Source of the DNA: a virus
Direction: 5' to 3' (one strand)
IMG/VR virus record: IMGVR_UViG_3300049489_000707
Coordinates: 86,726 to 150,725 of that record
DNA: 64,000 bases
The position numbers and the translations under genes are program-made. Below the pieces are notes generated by a model. It was given only the letters and a program-made list of their open reading frames with translations. It was not told the DNA's origin and did no database searches. Shown here in pieces: positions 19,845 to 30,252 of this stretch; the stretch's first letter is position 1; every line of letters begins with the position of its first letter.

Positions 19845-22800
19845 CGCTGAACGACGCAGTGATTTTCATTGATGAGCAGTTTGGCAAGGGCTACGCAGCC
19901 AGAAACCCAGGGCTGGTAGGGGCCATGCTTCAAGAGTCGGCCCTGAGGAACATCGCAGACAGCATCGACACTCTCGTCTCCTGTCTGGGTGAGATCAACG
20001 CAACGGCGCATCCAGGCAACGACATTGCTCTTGCTATCGATCGCCTGGCTGATGTGGTCGAGGCCGCCGATGAGTAAGGTTTCGCCGGCTGCAACAGACG
20101 AATGGCAACGCATGATTGAGCAGGTGTTCGACCTCACCATCACTGAGGGCGACGGCTACTTCCGGAAGCTCCACGTCCATCGCCCCGCCTGGGTGCTGGT
20201 GCCATGCGCCGCATACGTACCAAGCGCCAAGTCTTCGTACGAGCTGCGCAACGAGGTCCTCACCCCGATGATTTTTCAGCAAAAGTCAGACGTCCAGGGG
20301 ATTTGCCTTTTGCTTGACGAGAGGTCGATGCTGCTCAAGCCCGACCAGGAGCTGGGAGTCAACGCCACCGTCGTCGTCGGCTGGGACAACGGAGTGGTGG
20401 TGACCCGCGAGCTGGAAGTGTACGACGGAGCCCCCAAGCTTAGGAAGCTGAACAAGAAGACCGTCGAGAAGTTCAACGTGCTGGCCACCGGCAACAGCTA
20501 CCACTTCTACGCCAAGGGCAGGGCGAAGCTCGAAGACGTCCAGAGCCAGGTGGATGATGACTGGCTCACCTTCCGACGCATGGGGGCTGGTTACATTCGG
20601 GTGACCAGCAACGCGAAGAGCCCCATCGTTCGAGCTGAACTCCACTCCATGGACCCTGACCATGGCTTCTAAGAAGACGACAGTGTGGCTGGTGAGCACC
20701 GATGATGGCTGGTCGGGCATCTACATTGACGGCAAGCGGGTACATGAGAACCACGGCATCTCCATCCGCGACTTCATGGACCACCTGCAGTCCGCTGGGT
20801 TGGCGAAGGACGTCGACTTCAAGGATGGCTACCTGCAGGGCGAGGAAGCGAACACCATCATGGAGGACCTCGGCGGCCTTCCCGACGACTTCAAGAACAT
20901 CGAGGACAACGTCTCATGAGCGACGGGCTGGAGTTCAAGGATAAGGCCGGGCGACTCGTCTCCACCGGCGACCTCATTATCTACAGCGTCAGCTACGGGC
21001 GCTCGCCAGGCTTGAGCTACGGCAAGGTCCTGGAGGTGGTCACGGCCAAGGGCGGCTATTCCAAGGGCAAGGTGAAGGTCCGTGTCCATGGCGTCGACAG
21101 GCCCTGGGGTAGCGTTCGGGTCAACACCAAGCCCGGCTTCCTGGAGTACAGCGAGCGGTTGCTGCTTGTCGATCGCGATGACGTTCCAGAGGACATCCTG
21201 GCCAAGTTGGACCAGCTGGAGCCCGTCTACCAGCCCTCCTGCACCTGCGAGGCCTGGTACACTGCCCATGCCCGTGAGTGCCCCCAGTACAAGGAGAACC
21301 CATGAACATCGAAGACGCGATGCGCTACGACGAGTACTACCGCCTCAAGGAGCTGAGCGACGACCCGGACGTGGGCACGAGGCTTCAGATGCTCATTGAG
21401 TCTGAGCAGGTCCTCAATACAATCAAGAAGCTCATCATGAAGGTAAACAGGGAAGAGGGCCTCCAGGCGGCCAAGTGGTATCTTCTCCACGTGTACAGGA
21501 GCCACAAGTGACCGAAGAGGAAATCCTCATCACGAAGGTCTACATTCGGAGGGTGCTCTCTGAACGCATGGAGAAGTCCTTCGTGGGCCAGTCCATGTCC
21601 GAGGTCACAACCCACGTCGTGAAGGCCTATCTCGAAGGCGTCCTGAAGGACCTCCTGCTCCAGGGGACCCTCCCTTCAGTTGTCGAGCTTGTTGAGTGGA
21701 ATGTTCGGTTCGAGGGCAACACGATGCACGTCGTCATGGAGCCCAAGAAGGGTTTGGACGACTACGACCACCGCCGGGCTGTGAACTTCCTCTTCAACCA
21801 GGGGGACGACTGATGCGCGGTACCCCCATGACCACGACGTTGCCACCGGCCGACCATGCCTACATCGAGGGCCTTGCCAGGGCCCTGGGCCAGAGCGTAT
21901 CATCGGTCTTGGCTGAAATCATCCACAAGCACATCGAAGCCGAAGAAGCACGTCTCACCAAACCCGCATCACCAAGGAAGCGCAAATGACCAAGACCCAG
22001 ATGTTCCTCGTTGCCATCATCACAGTCGCAGCAACCGTCCTCATCAACACCTTCATCCTCCAGGCCTGCTGGAACTACTTCGTGCCGGCCGTGTTCAGCA
22101 CGGTGCCCCAGATTACATTCTTCCAGGCGATGGTATTGGCCATCGGCGTCCGAAGCCTGGCCGGTGCCAACGGCGTCTCCTTCAACAAGGAGAAGAAGTC
22201 GTGAGGGGCCAGCTGACCAAGCTCCAAAAGGGGGAGAAGGCGGGCACCACGCGCACCGACACCGTCTTGGGCGACTTCGACTTTGACCCCGAGGAGGGCC
22301 ATAGCTTCGGTATCATCGGGGAGCCCATTGACCCAGGAGCCTCTTTCAGGCTCTTCACTACCAGCCGAGTGAAGAAGGTCGAGAAGACTGACACCGGCTT
22401 CAAGTTCACCACCGAGACTGGCAGCGTCTACCAGCTCGACGTGCTTCCTGAGGCCCAGGCGTGAAGCCCGGCGAGATTTGGGGGTACTACAACCCCGCAA
22501 CCGGCAAGAGGTATGGCGTGAGGGTTACCGACTACTTTCCACCTATGGGTGAGAGCAAGGACCATATCGTCTGGGCTGACAACGTGAAGGACCCGGGTCT
22601 TCACTACGGGTTCAACGTGACGGCCGATGGCATCCCGAGGTTGAAGGACGGCACAGCTTCACCACACTGGAAGTTGATCGAGGAGGCATCAAGTGGAACT
22701 GTCAAACGATGATGGTATTCTGGTATTCATGGGCATTGCCCTGCTGGTCATTTCTCTCGTGGTCACGGGTGTGGGCTTCTACCACTACGGCTACTACGAA

Positions 22801-22854
22801 GGTAAGGCAGTGGTGTTGGAGAGCCTCCGACCCAAGCCGGAGCCGGCCCAGTGA
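19841..22854 (+). CDS. Eleven small coupled early ORFs (19841-20077, 20070-20672, 20662-20919, 20916-21305, 21302-21511, 21508-21813, 21813-21989, 21986-22204 membrane, 22201-22464, 22461-22712, 22693-22854 membrane)
   Basis: Translational coupling, SD motifs, codon bias. Confidence 0.7.
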
Positions 22855-23219
22855 AAGTCCTGGTCTGCGGTTCCCGTGACATGCCCTGGGATGAACAAAA
22901 CCTGGTCCTGAACGTGCTCCGCGACCTCGACGTCAAGCCCACCCTCATCATCGAGGGTGGCGCTCGTGGTGCAGACCGAATTGCCAAGGTCATCGCCATC
23001 TTCATGGGTATCCCGGTGCAGGAGTTTCCAGCCGACTGGAAGACCTACGGCAAGAAGGCGGGACACCTCCGCAACCAGCAGATGCTTGACGAGAACCCCG
23101 ACCTGGTGATAGCCTTCCATCCTTCAACAGGCATCACGCCTGGAACCCGCGACATGGTCACCAGGGCTCAGGCGAAGGGTACGCCTGTGCAGATTCACAC
23201 CTACGAGGTCAAGCCATGA
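22851..23219 (+). CDS. YspA/DUF2493-type SLOG superfamily protein
   Basis: KVLVCGSRD, IIEGGARGAD, FPADWKTYGKKAGHLRNQQML, GTRDMV. Confidence 0.85.
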   Translation: MKVLVCGSRDMPWDEQNLVLNVLRDLDVKPTLIIEGGARGADRIAKVIAIFMGIPVQEFPADWKTYGKKAGHLRNQQMLDENPDLVIAFHPSTGITPGTRDMVTRAQAKGTPVQIHTYEVKP

Positions 23220-25113
23220 GTCAGGTCATAGTTACAGCCATTCCAGAAGAACATCGACCACGGCCCGATGACGCCCTGGCGATCACCATTGGTATGCAGG
23301 TGGTGCTTACCTCTCTCGAAGACGCCAAGAAGCTCCGTGACGCACTGTGCATCATGCTTGGTCGCCCAGGGAAGGCAGGCAAGCCATGAGCTACATCGTC
23401 AGACCCAAAGGAATGCCGGGGTACTACTTCTGCGGCCCCTGTATTGGATTCTCTCTGATTGAGGAGTCTGCCGTCAGGTACGTCTCTTTGTCGGTGGCCA
23501 AGCGGGCAGCGAGGCTCATCCAGGCTCAAATGCGAAAGACGCACCCTAAGCGCAGAGCCCTTGTTGCAGAGAGGTTGTCGTGAACTGGTGCAACGACGTT
23601 CAGTTTCCCAAGCGCTACAAGCCGCTTCCACCGGGCTACAGGATCATCCAGCTGGACTCCGGCCACTTCCTATGGGTGTACGCCGCCGATGGAGACTTCG
23701 ACAACAGCAACGTTGAGGGCCCCATCTGCTGGGACCGCTTCTGGGTTCGACGCTGCGCCTTCGCTCACTACGAGGAGAACAAGAAATGAACAAGTTCATC
23801 CTCTGGCTCAGCTTTGGTCAGCTCGAAGTCTGGAAGGACTCAAGCGTCGTCAGGGGCGAGGCTCACGTCTACACCCAGCAAGGGAACCAGCACACCATCT
23901 GGACGCCCCAGTCCATGGCCGAGGTGCAAAGCTCTTGCGATGCTGTTCGGAGCTTGGGTGAGGAGCCATTTGGTCTGGCCATGAACCCGGTCGAACACGA
24001 CATCCTGAAGAGCACGGTCATCCAAGTTGAACTGCCGAAGAAGGTGTGCGAATGCGGATCGGCCAAGGCCAAGCTGCCCTTCCACAGCAGCTGGTGCCCT
24101 GCAAAATGACTCACCTACTGGCCGCATTCCTGTCTGGTGTGGCCGTAGACGTCCTGGCGACACTCGTGTTTCACTACACCAACAAGAACAAGGCGGTGAT
24201 GGCCGCAAGCGTGAACGTGGTCCTGACCGCCTGCGTGCTGTACATCTTCGTGGACGTGAGCAAAGACCCGATGCAGGCGATTCCCTACTTGATTGGCATC
24301 TGGGTTGGTGGCATACTCGGCATCGCACTCAAGAAACACCTGGAGAAGCCATGAACCTCTACTACCTGAGCCAGGACGATGAGCGGGGCTACGACACCTA
24401 CGACAGCTGCATCGTGGCTGCTGAAACGGAGGAGGAGGCTCGATTGATTCGCCCCGGTTACGGAGACTGGGGCGAGCGTTACGGGACCTGGGCCAGGAAG
24501 CCCGAGTATGTGAAGGTCGAGCTGATCGGCACGGCTGTCAAAGGCACCAGGGCCGGGGTTGTGCTGGCGTCGTTCAACGCGGGGTAGCCATGGCCAAGTG
24601 GACCTTCGGGCTGGACATCTTCACGCCCGTCGAGGGCAAGCCGCACACCTCCAAGGTCACCACCTTGGAAGCCGAGGGTGCCACAGCTGAAGAGGCCTAC
24701 GAGAAGATCAAAGACCAGATTCCAGCAGGCCACAAGATGTGGTACTGTTTCAGCGACGAGAGAGGAACTGACGAGGACCCATGAAAGCAAAAACAATCAA
24801 AGACGACAACAGAATTATTAGCATTGCACCCGCTGCCCCAGGTACCGTCGCCGTATATGCCTGCGACGAAGGAGAGCCAGACTTCGAAACCCCCGTCCTC
24901 GCTTGGGGTGTCGTGGACAGGATCGAAGATGGCTTCAACTATACGTCGGTGGTTCCGTTGGAGTTTGACGGAGACACCAATACCCTGGTGGACTGCGGAG
25001 ATTGCGACAACTACTTAGGGGTCAGAGGTGGGCCTCTTGGAGACAATCGTATGTCGATTGAAAACAATCGACATCGTTACAAGGAGCGCCGTGAAAAAGC
25101 TCGCGTTGCCTGA
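23216..25113 (+). CDS. Eight small coupled early ORFs (23216-23389, 23386-23583, 23580-23789, 23786-24109, 24106-24354 multi-TM, 24351-24587, 24590-24784, 24781-25113)
   Basis: ATGA overlaps, codon bias. Confidence 0.7.
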
Positions 25114-26182
25114 CCTGACCAAAGACCGCAAGGACATCGACTGGCTCTGGCCCAGGACCTTGTTCCTGACCGCCCATGGCTCCCACGCCTACGGCACCAA
25201 CCTGCCCACCAGCGACCGCGACTACAAGGGCTTCGCTGTGCCGCCCAAGCAGTATTTCCTGGGCTTCGCCAAGCGCTTCGAGCAGGCTGAGTTCAAGGGC
25301 GACCCGGACATGGTCGTCTACGGCATCCAGAAGTTTTTCAAGCTGGCCGCCGACTGCAACCCGAGCATCATCGAGGTGCTGTTCACCGACCAGGCCGACC
25401 ACCAGATTGTCCACCCGCTGGCCATCCCCATCCTTCAGAAGCGCGACCTCTTCATCAGCAAGAAGGCCAAGCACACCTTCTCGGGATATGCGGTCAGCCA
25501 GCTGAAGAAGATTCGCTCCCACAAGCGATGGATCGACGATGCACCTCAAAGGCCGCCCGAAAGGGCTGTTTTTGGCCTCCCAGACTGCCCGCTGATTCCC
25601 AAGAACCAGCTCGACGCCGTCCAGGCTGCCATCAGGAAGCAGGTGGAGCACTGGGACGTCGACCTGGGCCACCTGGATGACGCTGCACGCATCGACCTGA
25701 TGGGCCACATCACCGCAAACCTCGCTGAGCAGGGCGTTCTGAAGGAGAACCAGTGGATTCTGGCCGGCAAGAAGCTCGGCCTGGACGACAATTTCATCGA
25801 CCTGATGGACCGTGAGCGTCGCTTCAACACCGCCATCGCTGAATGGCGCTCCTACCTGACCTGGCTGGAGAGCCGGAACGCCGCCAGAAGCGAACTGGAG
25901 CGCAAGTGGGGCTACGACACCAAGCACGGCATGCACCTCATCCGCCTCATGCGCATGTGCCGGGAGATTCTGGAGGGCAAGGGGGTGCTGGTGAAGCGCC
26001 CAGACGCTGAGGAGCTGTTGGAAATCCGCAACGGGCTCTGGACCTACGACCAGCTGCTGGAGTGGGCTGACCGACAGGATGCAGAGCTGGAGGCGATGTA
26101 CAAGACCTCGAAGCTTCCCAACAGCCCGCCGGTGATGGAGCTTGACAAACTGCTGGTGGAGACGGTAGAGTCGATGCTATGA
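25091..26182 (+). CDS. DNA polymerase beta-superfamily nucleotidyltransferase, RlaP/Nuc-transf type (363 aa, GTG start)
   Basis: HGSHAYGTNLPTSDRDYKG, NPSIIEVLF, KWGYDTKHGMHLIRL. Confidence 0.85.
   Translation: MKKLALPDLTKDRKDIDWLWPRTLFLTAHGSHAYGTNLPTSDRDYKGFAVPPKQYFLGFAKRFEQAEFKGDPDMVVYGIQKFFKLAADCNPSIIEVLFTDQADHQIVHPLAIPILQKRDLFISKKAKHTFSGYAVSQLKKIRSHKRWIDDAPQRPPERAVFGLPDCPLIPKNQLDAVQAAIRKQVEHWDVDLGHLDDAARIDLMGHITANLAEQGVLKENQWILAGKKLGLDDNFIDLMDRERRFNTAIAEWRSYLTWLESRNAARSELERKWGYDTKHGMHLIRLMRMCREILEGKGVLVKRPDAEELLEIRNGLWTYDQLLEWADRQDAELEAMYKTSKLPNSPPVMELDKLLVETVESML
26142..26171 (+). promoter_or_regulatory. Early promoter (leaderless)
   Basis: TTGACA-18-TAGAGT, ATG 7 nt downstream. Confidence 0.75.
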
Positions 26183-26576
26183 CCGACTCCTACTATCACG
26201 CAGCTTCCGCTTGCCCCGAGGTCGAAGCTCTCGTGCTTCTTGACGTGGCCAAGCGCTACCCGGGCCAGCGAAAGGGCCTGATGGCAGCTTCCGCCCTGGG
26301 TGTGTTTGGTCGAGACCTGGGCCAGGAGCGCCTCATGTTGACCTACATCGACAGTCTGGTGGCCACGAAGCTGCTCTATCGCCACAACTTCGGCTACCAC
26401 CTGACCCCGTCGGGCATCGAGCACCTGGAGCAGCTGAAGAGCAACCTGCGCGGACCCTTGATGAGGGCCTTGTCATGATGGAGTTCCTAGCCAGGCTGGG
26501 CGAGAGCATCCTGTGGACTATCCTCATCATCGTGATACTTTTGCTTATCGTGACCAACCGAGCTGACAAAGAATGA
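26179..26576 (+). CDS. Two small ORFs (26179-26478 wHTH-like; 26475-26576 33-aa single-TM)
   Basis: Promoter-defined start 26179; ATGA overlaps. Confidence 0.6.
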
Positions 26577-27832
26577 GCGCCGCCACGCCTTGGGACGATC
26601 TACAGAGAGTTCTGATGAGCGGTAGCGATGACCCCGGAGAAAATATGAGCGACGAAGTTGACCCGAATGGACCCTGGTGGAAGGCTGGTCGTCTTCCACC
26701 CCTCGATAGCCACTACAGCACCTCTTGGGCCGGCATCGGCCTGGCTATTCAAGCCCTTCACGGTGGCAAGGGCTACACGGAGAAGAACCACACTGGAAGC
26801 ATCAAGGACGGCGATTCGCTGGCCGAGTTTCTCAAGCGCTTCGCCGACGCATTCCCCACCCTGCGCCAGCTGAAGTTCGACAAGGCCCAGCACAAGGCTT
26901 CTGAGACCCAGATTCAGTACGTCGTCGACCACGGTGCCGTGTCAATCGACCACGACGGTGATGTGAAGACGGAAATGCACGCGGTCAGCCGCGACCTGGA
27001 ATTCTTGGAAGCCGTCTCCAGGTTCTTCGCCGAGAACACCACCACCTCCATCCCCAAGGGCCGAGTCCACGTGCTCATCACCACCAGCACCGGGCCGGAG
27101 TTCAAGTCCATGGGTGTCGGTGGCCAGAAGCTGGAGCGTGGCAACTACGAGGACGACGTGCTGGCCGGTTACGACCGCATCGTGAGAGACCTGCAGGCAG
27201 CCACGCCAGCTGGCAGGGTTGCCATCCTGGATGGCAAGCCGGGAACCGGCAAGACCTTCCTCGTGCGTGGCATCCTGGACGACGTGAAGGACGTCATCTT
27301 CGTCATCGTTCCCGCCAACCTGATTCAGGAGCTGGCTCAGCCCGGGATGATTCCCGCCCTGGTCGGTCTGCATCAGAGCCGTGGTGACAAGCCGATGGTC
27401 TTCATCATCGAGGACGCCGACGAGGTCCTGGCTCCACGCGCTGGCGACAACATGTCCTCGGTCTCGGCCATCCTGAACCTGGGCGACGGCATTCTGGGCC
27501 AGCTGCTGGACGTGCGCATCGTGGCCACCACCAATGCCCACCGCCAGGACGTAGATGAGGCCATCAAGCGCCCTGGTCGTCTCTCGGCCATGGTTCACGT
27601 CGGTCCTTTGGGTGCGGAGAAGGCTGGCGAAGTCTACACCCGTCTGACGGGCAAGCCGGCACGCATCTACCCCGACATGTCGAATCCGCTGGAGTCGACC
27701 TCCATGTTCAAGGGAAAGACGTCCTTGGCTGAGGTCTACCAGATTTGTCGTGATTCGGGCTGGACTCCCGCACCGAAAGAGCGTAAGCTCGGCTTCTCAA
27801 CCAACGAGGAAGACGACGACTATGACTACTAA
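26573..27832 (+). CDS. AAA+ ATPase (419 aa)
   Basis: Walker A GKPGTGKT, Walker B FIIEDAD, ATTN, arginine finger KRPGRL. Confidence 0.9.
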   Translation: MSAATPWDDLQRVLMSGSDDPGENMSDEVDPNGPWWKAGRLPPLDSHYSTSWAGIGLAIQALHGGKGYTEKNHTGSIKDGDSLAEFLKRFADAFPTLRQLKFDKAQHKASETQIQYVVDHGAVSIDHDGDVKTEMHAVSRDLEFLEAVSRFFAENTTTSIPKGRVHVLITTSTGPEFKSMGVGGQKLERGNYEDDVLAGYDRIVRDLQAATPAGRVAILDGKPGTGKTFLVRGILDDVKDVIFVIVPANLIQELAQPGMIPALVGLHQSRGDKPMVFIIEDADEVLAPRAGDNMSSVSAILNLGDGILGQLLDVRIVATTNAHRQDVDEAIKRPGRLSAMVHVGPLGAEKAGEVYTRLTGKPARIYPDMSNPLESTSMFKGKTSLAEVYQICRDSGWTPAPKERKLGFSTNEEDDDYDY

Positions 27833-28316
27833 GTACCTCGATGCCGTAACTAAGCTGCATTCGAGCGGCTACCCGCATCTGGCCTCAGCGGCCATCGCCC
27901 ACTACGAGCGCCTGGCTTCAGGCATGTCTGCTGAGCACCGCTGCCGCGTGTCGGAGATGTTCGACGAGGTGCTGGAGACGGCGCTGAACCGCCGGGAAGA
28001 AATCACGAGCGAGGACATTCTCCTCAGCCCCGACTTCGTGGCGATCCGCGCATTGGCTCGGGTGCTACAGGACCTGAAGCTCGTGGAGCCGGTGCTGGAG
28101 ATGACCGAGCTGGACGTGCTTCATGGCCAGTTCGTGGAAGAGGTTAAGCCACCACCGCCGCCCATCGACATCGTCTTCGACGACCTGGAGATTCTCTCGG
28201 AAGGTGACGAACCGCTCGCGAACCTCGTGCCGCAGAAGACGCAGCGCCAGTACAGGATTGACCCGCCAGTGCTCTACCCTACTCCGGGAAAGAAGCCCAG
28301 TCACCGCTTGCCTTGA
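27822..28316 (+). CDS. Hypothetical protein (164 aa)
   Basis: Coupled to AAA gene; codon bias. Confidence 0.6.
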   Translation: MTTKYLDAVTKLHSSGYPHLASAAIAHYERLASGMSAEHRCRVSEMFDEVLETALNRREEITSEDILLSPDFVAIRALARVLQDLKLVEPVLEMTELDVLHGQFVEEVKPPPPPIDIVFDDLEILSEGDEPLANLVPQKTQRQYRIDPPVLYPTPGKKPSHRLP

Positions 28317-29070
28317 TGCGGTCCTGAAGCTCGCCCAGAGGTGCTGCCAAGGTCAGCTGTGAGTACTCGCGGCTACCTCGCACGAGAAGGCCAATCACTT
28401 CGCCTTCGCTGTTGTAGACGGGTCCGCCGCTGTTACCACCCCAAGCGGGGGCGCTCAGCAGGATCCACCCGTTCAACCAGCCTGACACGTAGCCCGTAGT
28501 GATGAGCCCCGGGTAGACGCCGAGCGGGTGACCGCTGATGTAGATTTGCTCCTGCCGCTGAGGCACTGCGTCGGCCAGCTCGGCCTGTACGCCCAGGTCG
28601 CACGAGGCAACTCCGGTCGCCACGTCATCGGGACCATACCCGCCCAAAAGGATAGGAGTCAAGCCACACTGCCGACCGTTGCTGTCCTTGGCCGTGAAGA
28701 TGACCGCCGTGACGATACTGCCGTCGTCCAGCTCAGTGCCAGGACCCACGTCGAGGCAGTGGTGTGCTGTTGCAATCAGCGAGAGAGGCTTTCGCACGAT
28801 TCCACCCGACTTGTCAACAACCACACCTGAACAAGCCATCTGCAGAACCACGTCTTCGCCATCGTTGAGGTCGGGCTGGGCCCCGAGGGCGCGGCTGAGC
28901 AGCTCAATGAAGCTGGGCCTCTTGACAGCGAGGGTGATTTCGAGGTGTACTGTCTGGTCCTGCATGTCACGTCTTATGCTGGCTTCTTGCTCCTGGACCT
29001 GCTGTCTGACTGTGGCACAGCTGAGGCTCAGAGCGAGCAGGGCAACCAGTAGGGTCCGGAGAAGGCGCAT
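28279..29070 (-). CDS. Trypsin-like serine protease with lipoprotein-type signal peptide
   Basis: TAHHC, DVA, GNSGGP catalytic triad; N-terminus MRLLRTLLVALLALSLSC. Confidence 0.85.
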   Translation of the reverse strand: MRLLRTLLVALLALSLSCATVRQQVQEQEASIRRDMQDQTVHLEITLAVKRPSFIELLSRALGAQPDLNDGEDVVLQMACSGVVVDKSGGIVRKPLSLIATAHHCLDVGPGTELDDGSIVTAVIFTAKDSNGRQCGLTPILLGGYGPDDVATGVASCDLGVQAELADAVPQRQEQIYISGHPLGVYPGLITTGYVSGWLNGWILLSAPAWGGNSGGPVYNSEGEVIGLLVRGSREYSQLTLAAPLGELQDRIKASGDWASFPE

Positions 29071-29076
29071 ATGTCT

Positions 29077-29083
29077 TAGATTA
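29077..29083 (-). promoter_or_regulatory. Late promoter motif TAATCTA
   Basis: 6 nt before protease ATG. Confidence 0.7.
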
Positions 29084-29096
29084 TGTGCCAGAAGAG

Positions 29097-29103
29097 CAAT
29101 CTA
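29097..29103 (+). promoter_or_regulatory. Late promoter motif CAATCTA (plus strand)
   Basis: 6 nt before 39-aa ORF ATG. Confidence 0.6.
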
Positions 29104-29109
29104 CTTCTC

Positions 29110-29229
29110 ATGGAAGCCTGGCTGATAGAGAAAATCGAGGCGGAGCGAAAAGAGCGAGAGCGCCGTGAGGCAGAGCGCCCGCGAGTCGAAATCCCCAGCT
29201 TGCCGCCTCCTAAGGTCCCGAATCCTTAG
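29110..29229 (+). CDS. 39-aa micro-protein MEAWLIEKIEAERKERERREAERPRVEIPSLPPPKVPNP
   Basis: Hand translation; late-type motif CAATCTA exactly 6 nt upstream. Confidence 0.6.
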   Translation: MEAWLIEKIEAERKERERREAERPRVEIPSLPPPKVPNP

Positions 29230-29233
29230 GGTG

Positions 29234-29262
29234 TTGACATGGGATCGGTGTTGATGTACAAC
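29234..29262 (+). promoter_or_regulatory. Early promoter (leaderless)
   Basis: TTGACA-17-TACAAC, ATG 7 nt downstream. Confidence 0.85.
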
Positions 29263-29269
29263 ACTACCC

Positions 29270-30085
29270 ATGAACGAGACCACTCGCACCCTCCTCCTGA
29301 AGACCCGCAAGCAGGCGACCTCGGCCTTCACGGCCAAGCAGTGGTTCGAAGTCCTCACCGCCCTCGGCTTCGTTGTCGAGATGATCAAGCAGGGCTCTTC
29401 GCTGGTCGAGTTCACCGTGAACGGCCCCCAGGGTGGAGTTCTCACTCTCGTCAAGCGCCCTGGCTACAAGCGCATCGTGTTCTACGATGTGGCCACCTGG
29501 GCCAAGGGCATCAACTTGGACCTGGTCGAGCTGTCCTCCAAGGCCCTGGGTCTGGAGACCCCCGACGTGGAGAAGAAGCTCAAGGACCTGTACGTGCGCG
29601 ACCTGACCAACACGGGCACCTGCGCCATCTGCGAGGGCAACTACAAGCGGGACGGGGTCAATATCGGTCACCACGGCTTCCAGCGCCCTGGCGATGGCAT
29701 GCTGCACGGCAGCTGCTTCGGGGTTGGGTTCCTCCCCTTCGAGTGCAGCCCTAACGCCTGCGAGGCCTACCTGGTCCAGCTGAATAAGGCCCTCAAGAAC
29801 GCTCACGAGGCCCTGGAGAACCTGCCCAAGAGCCAGACCCTGACCCGCAAAGACTCGAAGTACGACTACGCTTCGGGCCGCACCATCGTGACCTTCGTGG
29901 AGGTCTCCCGGGCCACCGATTCCACCGAGTTCGAGCGCCTCCTGAAGTCGGAAATCTACCAGGTGACGCGCCGCGTCGAGGCCCTGAACTTCGACATCAA
30001 GCACTTCACCGCGAAGGTCGCCAACTGGAAGCCCGACGAGCTGCCCGAAGTGAAGCACGCTGGGAAGTTCGCGAAGGCCTCTTGA
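29270..30085 (+). CDS. Early zinc-finger protein (271 aa), unknown function
   Basis: GTCAICEG...HHGFQRPG...HGSCFG motif; leaderless promoter. Confidence 0.7.
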   Translation: MNETTRTLLLKTRKQATSAFTAKQWFEVLTALGFVVEMIKQGSSLVEFTVNGPQGGVLTLVKRPGYKRIVFYDVATWAKGINLDLVELSSKALGLETPDVEKKLKDLYVRDLTNTGTCAICEGNYKRDGVNIGHHGFQRPGDGMLHGSCFGVGFLPFECSPNACEAYLVQLNKALKNAHEALENLPKSQTLTRKDSKYDYASGRTIVTFVEVSRATDSTEFERLLKSEIYQVTRRVEALNFDIKHFTAKVANWKPDELPEVKHAGKFAKAS

Positions 30086-30111
30086 CAGAGGCCTGAGGTT
30101 CGAGGTAGAAG
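30082..30111 (+). promoter_or_regulatory. Early promoter (leaderless)
   Basis: TTGACA-18-TAGAAG, ATG 6 nt downstream. Confidence 0.75.
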
Positions 30112-30117
30112 AGGTCC

Positions 30118-30252
30118 ATGAAAACTTACATCGTGTACGTGGACGGGATCGAAGCTGGGATGATCAAGGCGCGTAGCCACAATGTGGCCGAGTGGAAGGC
30201 CCAGGCGAAGTACCCCGGCCGTCAGGTCTCGGTCGAGTACACCGAGGTCTAG
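30118..30252 (+). CDS. 44-aa early protein MKTYIVYVDGIEAG...
   Basis: Hand translation; own promoter 6 nt upstream. Confidence 0.6.
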   Translation: MKTYIVYVDGIEAGMIKARSHNVAEWKAQAKYPGRQVSVEYTEV

